Shown here piece by piece: positions 1 through 8,060 of a stretch of 64,000 bases of DNA (positions are counted from its first letter, which is position 1; the number at the start of each line of letters is the position of its first letter). The stretch is from Clostridia bacterium (lineage in GTDB: Bacteria > Bacillota > Clostridia > Christensenellales > CAG-1252), in assembly GCA_024685775.1 (NCBI GenBank), contig JAIKVL010000007.1:15627-79626 (forward strand). Reading direction: 5' to 3'. Position numbers and translations under genes: made by a program. The notes under the pieces were generated by a model. That model did no database searches and had not been told where the DNA came from. It worked only from the letters and a program-made list of their open reading frames with translations.

Positions 1-2
1 CT

Positions 3-2129
3 TCGGACAAAGCACCTCGAAGCATCGCCGATGCATTGGAGAATTTTTTTGAAATCAAAGGTGGAAAAATTCAAAATTTGACCGAAACACAAAGAACAAG
101 TCTCGCTCAAAAAAACATCATATTAGCTGCTACCGGGGAAAAGGATAGCCCTGATATTGTAATAGTTGATCGAGGCGAGGGACAAACGCCCCGGAAAATG
201 CCTGATACCATATTGAGCATTAACAAGTCAAACAAGCTTAAAGTTCCGTTTGTCCAAGGAAAGTTCAATATGGGAGGAACAGGTGCTCTTTCTTTCTGTG
301 GCAATGAGAATTTTCAATTGATAATCAGTAAACGCTGCCCTGACATCAAGGAAGATGATGATACTCATGATTTGTGGGGCTTCACAATTGTTCGGAGAGA
401 GAGACCATATGCAGGAACAGGACTTCGCAGTTCAAAATTCACATATTTAGTTGGGACCGATCAAAACGTATTGAGCTTTGCAAGTGACCCGTTACCGATT
501 ATTCCTACGTCAGAAGGCAAAATGGATGACATGGAATATGGTATGTTCTGTAAAATGTTTGAATACAATTTGCCGAGCAGAATGAAAACGAACATCAACA
601 TGGGTCTATATGCACGGCTTTCTATGCTATTGCCAAATCTGGCATATCCCGTTTATTTGGACGAATGCAGGGATTACAGGGCTCATACATTACATCGTAC
701 ACTGTCTGGTTTGAATGTGCGCTTAAGTGATCAGTTTGGCCAGGAAGATAGCAGTATTGAAGAAAAAGTGCCGGTTAGTTTTGCCATTAACGGTCAAAAA
801 GTGGATGCTGTGGTCTATGTTTTTAAATCCAAAACGAGGAGTGGAACCAAACTGGATATGTCCCAATATCGAGGGACAGAGGGTGTCCTCATAACTCAAA
901 ATGGGCAAACACACGGCAATTACGATAAAAAATTCTATAACAGAACTTCCGTTGGATTGAGCTATCTGTCTGAATACCTCCTCACAATTGTTGATTGCTC
1001 CGGCATTGATGAGGCCACCCGTGAAGAGCTATTTATGAATTCGCGCGACAGAACGCGTAGTAGTAGTTTTGCAAATAAGCTTGAGTCTGATTTGGAAGAA
1101 TTTTTGAAAGAGAACGAAACACTAAAGCAAATTCAGGCTAAACGTAGAGAAGAAGCGATTAGCGATAAACTTGACGATGAAAAGCCTTTAGAGGATGTCC
1201 TCTCCAGCGTGTTTAGAAGTAGTTCTGTCCTTTCAAAGCTGTTTATTTTGGGCGAAAAGTTAAAAAATCCAATCAATTTGGGACCTGCAGCCGAAGCAGA
1301 TGCTTTCGAGGGAAAGTATAATCCCACTTTTTTCACTATCATTCGCACAAAGAAAAACACAGAAGTCCCGTTTAAACGAGGGGCACAACTGGGTCGTAAA
1401 TGTAGGATACGCTTTAAGACTGACGCGTGTAACGATTTCTTTACTCGGGAGAAATATCCCGGAACTTTTTCTCTTTCCAGGGATGGCGGTCCTTGTGAAG
1501 ATCACTTTGTAAACCTTAGAGACGGTATTGCGGCTCTAAACTTTGAACTACCTGCCGACGCAAAAGAAGGCGATGAACACACCTACATTTTTACTGTAAC
1601 TGACACAAATAATGACAATCAATTTGAGGAATCATTCGTTATCACAGTTGTTCCTGCTCAAGAAACAACTGGCGGTGGCGGTTCCAGAACTCCTCCAGAT
1701 GATGGAGAGAAAGGTAAAAACACATTCACTCCTGCCGGGATCAGTCTGCCTAATGTAATAGAAGTTACCCGCGAAGAATGGGATAATCATAACTTTGACA
1801 GAGAATCGGCACTTGATATTGTACGAGCCGAAGACGATGTGTGGGATTTCTTTGTCAATATGGAGAATATTCATCTTGAGTCTGAGATAAAACCGATTGC
1901 AAAGAACGAAGCAAAGATGAAACTTCTAAAAGCGCGTTACAAGTACAGTATGGTCCTCATCGGGCTAAGCATCTTGGGATACGATAAGAACCATCCTAAA
2001 GACAAAGCCGAGCAGAAAGGTGAAGATGACATTCAACAAACCGTTCGACTTATGACAGCGATGGTTTCTCCGGTAATTCTCCCGATGATAGCTGTTATGG
2101 GCGATGATTTGGGTGAAATAATTGACTGA
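3..2129 (+). CDS. GHKL (HATPase_c/MORC/MutL-like) ATPase family protein, 5'-truncated by window edge
   Basis: Frame is open from base 3 (SDKAPRSIADALENFF...), so the ORF-track TTG start at 36 is probably internal. G1 box DRGEG at 168 and G2-like GKFNMGGTG at 258. The N-box would lie upstream of the window. AT-richer than host genes. Confidence 0.7.
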   Translation, partial: SDKAPRSIADALENFFEIKGGKIQNLTETQRTSLAQKNIILAATGEKDSPDIVIVDRGEGQTPRKMPDTILSINKSNKLKVPFVQGKFNMGGTGALSFCGNENFQLIISKRCPDIKEDDDTHDLWGFTIVRRERPYAGTGLRSSKFTYLVGTDQNVLSFASDPLPIIPTSEGKMDDMEYGMFCKMFEYNLPSRMKTNINMGLYARLSMLLPNLAYPVYLDECRDYRAHTLHRTLSGLNVRLSDQFGQEDSSIEEKVPVSFAINGQKVDAVVYVFKSKTRSGTKLDMSQYRGTEGVLITQNGQTHGNYDKKFYNRTSVGLSYLSEYLLTIVDCSGIDEATREELFMNSRDRTRSSSFANKLESDLEEFLKENETLKQIQAKRREEAISDKLDDEKPLEDVLSSVFRSSSVLSKLFILGEKLKNPINLGPAAEADAFEGKYNPTFFTIIRTKKNTEVPFKRGAQLGRKCRIRFKTDACNDFFTREKYPGTFSLSRDGGPCEDHFVNLRDGIAALNFELPADAKEGDEHTYIFTVTDTNNDNQFEESFVITVVPAQETTGGGGSRTPPDDGEKGKNTFTPAGISLPNVIEVTREEWDNHNFDRESALDIVRAEDDVWDFFVNMENIHLESEIKPIAKNEAKMKLLKARYKYSMVLIGLSILGYDKNHPKDKAEQKGEDDIQQTVRLMTAMVSPVILPMIAVMGDDLGEIID

Positions 2130-2214
2130 AGCTGTTAGATTCAAGTTGTATTGCTTAAAAAACGCGCCCTTTGAACCCCGAGTATTCATCGTATCAGATG
2201 CCGGGTTCAGTCAC

Positions 2215-2246
2215 AAAAGGATCGCAAGATGAGCGATCCTTTTTTT
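2215..2246 (+). terminator. Rho-independent terminator after GHKL gene
   Basis: AAAAGGATCGC-aagatga-GCGATCCTTTT followed by T-run. Confidence 0.8.
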
Positions 2247-2298
2247 GTATTTTAGCTTGTCTTGATGAAGGAAGATATAAGGAAAAGAATAAAGACAT

Positions 2299-2328
2299 AA
2301 AAAACACGGCGCTGAAAGGCCGTGTTTT
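2299..2328 (-). terminator. Rho-independent terminator of trkAH (bidirectional shape)
   Basis: AAAACACGGC-gctgaaag-GCCGTGTTTT, 40 bp past the trkH stop. Confidence 0.8.
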
Positions 2329-2369
2329 AAGAACTTTGAACAGTTGTCGATTCGATCGCGTCGGCTGCG

Positions 2370-3830
2370 TTACTTGCGATAGGTCGCCGGGCTGAACAAA
2401 ACGATCAACGGGAAGATCTCCAATCTGCCGAACAGCATTTCGAGCGAAAGGACGATTTTGGAGAAAGAAGAATATCCCCCGAAGTTTGCCGCAGGACCGA
2501 CGAGGTCGAAGCCGGGACCGATGTTGCTGATGCAGGAAAGAGACGCGGAGAAATTCGTCAGGAAGTTTCCGAAGCCTTCGATAGAGACGAGCAGGGTGCA
2601 GGCGATGAGGATCGCGACCCAGGTCACGAAGAATACGCGCACGCTGTTTATAATGCCGCTTTCGACGGGTGCGCCGTCGAGCTTGACCGTTATGATTTCG
2701 CGCGGATGCACCATTTTGCGAAGATCCGCCGCGGTGGATTTAACGAGGATCAAGATCCTTGACATTTTCATACCGCCCGCCGTGGAGCCCGCCATACCGC
2801 CCATCGTCATCAGGAAAAGCAGGATGACTTTCGAAAGGGTGGGCCAAGAATTATAGTCGATCGAAGAAAAGCCCGTCGTCGAAGACAAAGAGAGGACTTG
2901 GAAGGAAGAATGACGAAGCGCTTCGCCGAAGGAACGGATCGCCGTTTCCGCGGAAAGGTAGACGTTGACCGCGATCGCAAGCATACTGACGACGACGACC
3001 GAGACGTAGACGATCGCTTCCTCGCTCTTCAAGGCTTTTAGGACGTGACCGGTCAGGAGCAGGAAGTACAGATTGAAATTCAGAGAGAATAAGAACATAA
3101 ACGTCGAAACGACGATCTCGATGTAAAGGCTGTTGTACGAAGCGATGCTCGCGTTGCGGACGCTGAATCCGCCCGTTCCCGCGTTTGCGATCGCGGTCGT
3201 GATCGCGTCGAAGATCGGCATTTTCCCGATCGCGAGGAAAGCGAATTCGATCAAGGTCAGCGCGATATAGATCCCGTACAGGATGCGCGCGGTGTGCCCC
3301 ATCTTCGAGGTAAGTTTGCCGACGGAAGGTCCGGTCGCCTCGGCGCGGAAAACGTGCATCATTCCCGAATTGCTCTTCGGAAGGACGGCGAGAATGAAGA
3401 CGAGGACGCCCATTCCTCCGATCCAGTTCGTAAAGGAGCGCCAGAAAAGGACGCTGTGCGGCAGGCTTTCGATGTCGGAAAGGACGGACGCGCCCGTCGT
3501 CGTAAAGCCCGAGATCGTCTCGAACAGGGCGTCCACGTAGTTCGGGATCGCTTTGGTCAAGACGAAAGGCATCGCGCCGACGAGGGACATCGCGAGCCAA
3601 GAAAAGGCGACGATCGCGAAGCCTTCTTTCGCATAGATATTGTTTTCCACGCCTTCGGTCTTCAAGAGGAAAGAGGGAACGGACAAAAGGAGTAAAACGG
3701 CGATCGGGATCGCGAATCCGAGGAAGGTGGATTCGCCGTAGATCGCGGCTACAATCAAAGGAAAGAGAAGCATAACGGCTTCCGCGATCAAGATCTTTCC
3801 GAGAGTTTTAACGACCGTTTTCCAGTTCAT
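2370..3830 (-). CDS. trkH: TrkH-family potassium uptake membrane subunit
   Basis: Multi-TM protein with pore-loop motifs FETISGFTTTG, NAGTGGFS, SSTTGF, SNIGPG; adjacent to trkA. Confidence 0.95.
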   Translation of the reverse strand: MNWKTVVKTLGKILIAEAVMLLFPLIVAAIYGESTFLGFAIPIAVLLLLSVPSFLLKTEGVENNIYAKEGFAIVAFSWLAMSLVGAMPFVLTKAIPNYVDALFETISGFTTTGASVLSDIESLPHSVLFWRSFTNWIGGMGVLVFILAVLPKSNSGMMHVFRAEATGPSVGKLTSKMGHTARILYGIYIALTLIEFAFLAIGKMPIFDAITTAIANAGTGGFSVRNASIASYNSLYIEIVVSTFMFLFSLNFNLYFLLLTGHVLKALKSEEAIVYVSVVVVSMLAIAVNVYLSAETAIRSFGEALRHSSFQVLSLSSTTGFSSIDYNSWPTLSKVILLFLMTMGGMAGSTAGGMKMSRILILVKSTAADLRKMVHPREIITVKLDGAPVESGIINSVRVFFVTWVAILIACTLLVSIEGFGNFLTNFSASLSCISNIGPGFDLVGPAANFGGYSSFSKIVLSLEMLFGRLEIFPLIVLFSPATYRK

Positions 3831-3832
3831 AA

Positions 3833-5185
3833 TCAGCGTAAAATCTGTTTGAGTTCGGCGACTTGCTTTACGGCGGTGACGACGAGGACTTTATCTCCGA
3901 GAAGGAGAGCCGTGTCGCCCGAGGGGAGGATGAATTCGCCGCCGCGGACGATCCCGCAGAGAAGGACGTTCGCTTTGATCTTCAATTCTTTGATGGGAAC
4001 GCCGATCTTCGGGAAATCTTCGCCGACGGTAAATTCGATGGCTTCGGCTTTGTCGTGGATGCGATAGAGCGCGTTGATGCCCGCGCCGTCTTCGACTTGG
4101 TGCGCGCGCACGAATCGGACCAAGTGATCCGCGATGACTTCGCGCGGGGAAAGGACGGTGTCCAGCCCGAGCTTCATGACCATTTTCGCAAGCGGGGTAG
4201 ACGTGATCTTCGTGACGACTTTCGCGCCGCCGAGCGAGGTCGCGTAAAGGGAGACGACGGCGTTTTCTTCGTCCACGCCCGTCAAGGTGACGATGGCGTC
4301 CGCTTCGCGAATGCCTTCTTCATCAAGGACGGCGGTATCCGTCCCGTCCGCGCAAATGACGGTGGCGTGGGACAGCGCTTCGTCCAAATAGCGGCAACGG
4401 TCCTCGTTGATTTCGAGGATCTTGACTTTGACGCCGTTTTCGAGAAGTTCTTTCGCGAGATAGTAAGAGATATTTCCGCCGCCGACGATCATGACGGATT
4501 TCGCGCGTTGCTTGAAGATCTTCATCTTTTTCGAAAAATCGAGAAGTCCCGTTTCTTCCGCGGCGACGTGGACCAGATCGCCTTCTTCGATCACGAAGTC
4601 GCCTTTGGGGATCACGACTTTTCCCGCGCGGGAGACGACGGCGAATAAGAGCGCGCCGCCCGATTTTTTCGCCGCGTCCATAACGGTCAATCCCGCGATG
4701 GGGCTGTTCGGCGCGATGCGGAATTCCGTCAGCGCGACTTTTCCGGATTCAAAAGAATCCGTCGAAATGGCGGAAGGAAACTTTAAGATCTGGGCGATCT
4801 CCATCGCCGTCCTGTGTTCGGGGTTGAAGATCATATCGACGCCGAGCTCGGACGTCAAACTTTCGAGGGATTTTAAGTACTCGGGATCGCGCGCTCTCGC
4901 GACGACGTGTTTCGCGCCCATCTTTTTCGCGAGGACGGAAGAAAGGATATTGAGCTCGTCGCGCAAGGTGCAGGCGAAAAAGCAATCGGCTTTATCGACT
5001 TCCGCTTCTTCGAGAACGCTTCTGTCGAGACAGTTGCCGACGACGCCTTTCGCGTCCGACTTATTGACGAGGTCTTCGACCGTGGCAAAATCTTCGTCCA
5101 CTACCGTTACGTCGTGATTTTCTTTAATAAGGCGGGTCGCGAGCGCTCCGCCGATCTTTCCGATACCAACGATGACGACTTTCAT
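3833..5185 (-). CDS. trkA: TrkA potassium uptake RCK subunit
   Basis: Two Rossmann motifs (IVGIGKIG, IVGGGNIS), two RCK_N/RCK_C pairs, 450 aa. Confidence 0.95.
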   Translation of the reverse strand: MKVVIVGIGKIGGALATRLIKENHDVTVVDEDFATVEDLVNKSDAKGVVGNCLDRSVLEEAEVDKADCFFACTLRDELNILSSVLAKKMGAKHVVARARDPEYLKSLESLTSELGVDMIFNPEHRTAMEIAQILKFPSAISTDSFESGKVALTEFRIAPNSPIAGLTVMDAAKKSGGALLFAVVSRAGKVVIPKGDFVIEEGDLVHVAAEETGLLDFSKKMKIFKQRAKSVMIVGGGNISYYLAKELLENGVKVKILEINEDRCRYLDEALSHATVICADGTDTAVLDEEGIREADAIVTLTGVDEENAVVSLYATSLGGAKVVTKITSTPLAKMVMKLGLDTVLSPREVIADHLVRFVRAHQVEDGAGINALYRIHDKAEAIEFTVGEDFPKIGVPIKELKIKANVLLCGIVRGGEFILPSGDTALLLGDKVLVVTAVKQVAELKQILR

Positions 5186-5194
5186 AATAGTTGT

Positions 5195-5223
5195 ATTTTA
5201 CAACAATTCCTTTTTCCTGTCAA
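5195..5223 (-). promoter_or_regulatory. sigma-A promoter of trkAH, near-leaderless
   Basis: TTGACA-17-TAAAAT on the minus strand; ATG only 9 nt past the -10 box; no SD. Confidence 0.75.
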
Positions 5224-5334
5224 TTACAGCGAAGCAATGACTTGAACGGGCGGCGAAAACTCCGTCTTTTCGCCCGTCTTCCTTAATATACGCGCGCGCG
5301 TTCGAGCGCATAAAACAAAATTTTGAAAAATCGT

Positions 5335-5363
5335 TTGACAGTTCGTGGGAATCGTGGTACGAT
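5335..5363 (+). promoter_or_regulatory. sigma-A promoter of T-box leader
   Basis: TTGACA-17-TACGAT with extended TG. Confidence 0.85.
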
Positions 5364-5388
5364 ACACTTACAACAGAATAATCATTCA

Positions 5389-5680
5389 AAGGCTGTGACG
5401 AAGTCCGTCTTGATCGAAAACTTCTTTCAGAGATCCGGTGGTTGGTGCGAACCGGTAGAAACGATCGTAGATTATCCCTTCCGAGCCGAAACCCGAAAGC
5501 TTTGTCGTGCTCCACGTCGGCGGCAGTAAAAAGAGCGAGTAGGCGTTTCCGTGACGCTGCGTTAATGCTAAGGGATTGATAGATTCCGAAAAAGAGAGGC
5601 GAATTTCGGTTCGCAATTTGAGTGGTACCGCGGGATAACACCCGTCTCAAAGCAGATGTTTTGAGGCGGGTTTTTGTTTT
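5389..5680 (+). ncRNA. T-box riboswitch, predicted Ile (AUC) specifier
   Basis: GA/K-turn (GGCTGTGACGAAG...CTTCCGAGCC), AGAGA box 5429, apical GGTGCGA loop, specifier loop GATT-ATC-C (ATC 5474-5476), T-box AGTGGTACCGCG 5621-5632, terminator CCCGTCTCAAA...TTTTGAGGCGGG plus T-run 5641-5680. Confidence 0.92.
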
Positions 5681-5775
5681 TCCTCGAAACGGACGCGCTA
5701 TCAGCGGTGCCGCAGCGCATGGATCGCTTAATAAAACGGGAAACCGATGCGCAAAACCAAAAGGAGGAAAAAAGT

Positions 5776-8043
5776 ATGACTACCAACCAAAACCGAAGGC
5801 TTTCGGAGATCGCAGAGCGCATCAAGGAGCTTCGTGAGATTTTCGGTTATTCCGAAGAGGAAATGAGCGAAAAGACCGAAGTCACGATCGCCGAGTACTC
5901 GATGTACGAGCAGGGGCAGCTCGATTTCCCGTTTACCTTTCTTCACAAATGCGCCCTTGCGTTCGGGATCTCGATCACCGATCTTCTCGAAGGTCAAAGC
6001 GCCCACCTTTCGAGCTATACCGTAACGAGAAAAGGAATGGGAATGGAGACCGCGAAAGAGCCCGGCATCGACATCCAAAATCTCGCGCCGCTTTTCCGCA
6101 GCAAGATCGCCGAACCCTATTACGTCCGCTATGAGTACGACCCCTCTCTTCAAGAGCTTCCGATCCACCTGACGAAGCATTCCGGGCAGGAATTCGACTT
6201 CGTTATGAGCGGGAAACTCAAAGTGCAGGTCGGCGAGAACGTCGAGTACCTCGAAGAGGGCGACAGCATTTATTACAACAGTTCCACTCCGCACGGAATG
6301 ATCGCCGTCGGCGGAAAGGATTGCGTCTTCCTCGCGGTCGTTCTCCCCGGCAAGGATCAGGAAGAGACCGTGATCCGCGACACGCTGAACCCGAATAAGA
6401 CGGTGTCCGAGCCGGGCGTCGCTGCCGATTTCATCACCGTAAAAGAAGATGATCGCGGCTATCCGCTGTCGATCGATTTCCATAACGACGACGCGTTCAA
6501 TTTCGCGTTCGACGTCGTGGATAAGATCGCGGATAAGGATCCGAATAAACTCGCGATGCTTCACGTCAGCCGCGATAAAGTCGAGCGCCGCCTGACCTTC
6601 CGCGATATGAAGAGGGCGTCCAACCGTTGCGTGAATTACTTCAAATCGCTCGGGATCAAGAGGGGTGATCGCGTCCTTCTCGTCCTGAAACGCCACTATC
6701 AATTCTGGTTTGCGATCCTCGCGCTTCATAAGCTCGGCGCGATCGCGATCCCCGCGACCTGCCAGCTTTTGTCTCACGATTTCGAGTATCGCTTCCAGGC
6801 GGCGGGCGTTTCCGCGATCGTCTGCACGGCGGACGGAGCCGTCGCGGAGCAAGTCGAGATCGCCGAAAAGACTTCGCCGACCTTGAAGATCAAAATGCTC
6901 GTCGGCGGCAGCCGCCCCGGTTGGCATGATTTCGACGAAGAATATCCGCTGTTCAGCACGCATTACGCGAGACCCAAGGACGCGCCCTGCGGCAACGATC
7001 CGATGCTGATGTTCTTCACTTCGGGGACGACCGGATATCCGAAGATCGCGGAGCATTCCTATAAGTACCCGCTCGGTCACTATATGACGGCGAAGTATTG
7101 GCACGGCGTCAGCGAAGGGGGATTGCATTTTACGATCTCCGACACCGGCTGGGGGAAGGCTCTTTGGGGCAAACTGTACGGGCAATGGCTTGCGGAAAGC
7201 GCGGTCTTTACTTACGATTTCGACCGCTTCGACGCGAGCGACATCCTGCCGATGTTCGCGAAGTATCATATCACGACGTTCTGCGCGCCGCCGACGATGC
7301 TCCGCATGATGATCAAACAAGACCTCTCGAAGTACGATTTTTCCTCGCTCCGTCATATGACGACGGCGGGCGAAGCTTTGAACCCCGAGGTCTACTATCA
7401 ATTCGAAAAAGCGACGGGATTGCAGACGCACGAGGGCTTCGGTCAAACCGAGCTGACATTGATGATCGCGAACCTGATCGGCGCGCCGCATAAAGTCGGT
7501 TCGATGGGTCGCCCCGTCCCCGGTTACGACGTTACGATCCTTTCTCCCGACGGGACTCCCGTTCCGGACGGCGAGACGGGCGAGATCTGCGTAAAAGTTT
7601 CGGAAAAAGTGCCGCGCGGCTTGTTCCTCGGCTACTATCTGAACGAGGAAAAGACCAAAGAAGTCTTGCACGACGGCTACTATCACACGGGCGACACCGC
7701 TTGGCGCGACGAGGACGGTTTCTACTGGTACGTCGGCAGGGTGGACGACGTCATCAAATCGTCGGGCTACCGTATCGGGCCGTTTGAGATCGAGAGCGTC
7801 ATCATGGAGCTTCCCTACGTCGTCGAATGCGGCGTTTCCGCCGCGCCGGACGAGGTCAGAGGGCAGGTCGTCAAAGCGAGCATCGTCCTGACGAAAGGCA
7901 CCGAGCCGACCGATGAACTCAAAAAGGAAATTCAGGATTACGTTAAGAAGCACACCGCTCCTTATAAGTATCCGAGGATCGTCGTCTTCCGCGACGAACT
8001 TCCCAAAACGATCAGCGGGAAAATACAAAGAAATAAACTATAA
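5776..8043 (+). CDS. XRE-HTH + cupin + acyl-CoA synthetase (AMP-binding) fusion, copy 1
   Basis: SD AAGGAGG 5761, ATG 5776 (ORF-track start 5674 lies in the terminator). N-terminal HTH and cupin (HSGQEF, YYNSSTPHGM); ANL motifs FTSGTTGYPK, YHTGD, SSGYRIGPFEIE, PKTISGK. Confidence 0.9.
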   Translation: MTTNQNRRLSEIAERIKELREIFGYSEEEMSEKTEVTIAEYSMYEQGQLDFPFTFLHKCALAFGISITDLLEGQSAHLSSYTVTRKGMGMETAKEPGIDIQNLAPLFRSKIAEPYYVRYEYDPSLQELPIHLTKHSGQEFDFVMSGKLKVQVGENVEYLEEGDSIYYNSSTPHGMIAVGGKDCVFLAVVLPGKDQEETVIRDTLNPNKTVSEPGVAADFITVKEDDRGYPLSIDFHNDDAFNFAFDVVDKIADKDPNKLAMLHVSRDKVERRLTFRDMKRASNRCVNYFKSLGIKRGDRVLLVLKRHYQFWFAILALHKLGAIAIPATCQLLSHDFEYRFQAAGVSAIVCTADGAVAEQVEIAEKTSPTLKIKMLVGGSRPGWHDFDEEYPLFSTHYARPKDAPCGNDPMLMFFTSGTTGYPKIAEHSYKYPLGHYMTAKYWHGVSEGGLHFTISDTGWGKALWGKLYGQWLAESAVFTYDFDRFDASDILPMFAKYHITTFCAPPTMLRMMIKQDLSKYDFSSLRHMTTAGEALNPEVYYQFEKATGLQTHEGFGQTELTLMIANLIGAPHKVGSMGRPVPGYDVTILSPDGTPVPDGETGEICVKVSEKVPRGLFLGYYLNEEKTKEVLHDGYYHTGDTAWRDEDGFYWYVGRVDDVIKSSGYRIGPFEIESVIMELPYVVECGVSAAPDEVRGQVVKASIVLTKGTEPTDELKKEIQDYVKKHTAPYKYPRIVVFRDELPKTISGKIQRNKL

Positions 8044-8060
8044 TTTTCCGGAGAGGTAAA

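Noticed and set aside
5186-5330. c-di-AMP (ydaO) riboswitch upstream of trkA
   Set aside because: The promoter sits 9 nt from the ATG, leaving no leader; the hairpin at about 5248-5280 is upstream of the promoter.
5674-5775. ORF-track extended starts (5674, 10420, 20235, 22493, 26857, 31692, 33507, 38715, 50073, 60517)
   Set aside because: Downstream starts have SD or promoter support and match family N-termini; the extensions run through terminators or promoters.
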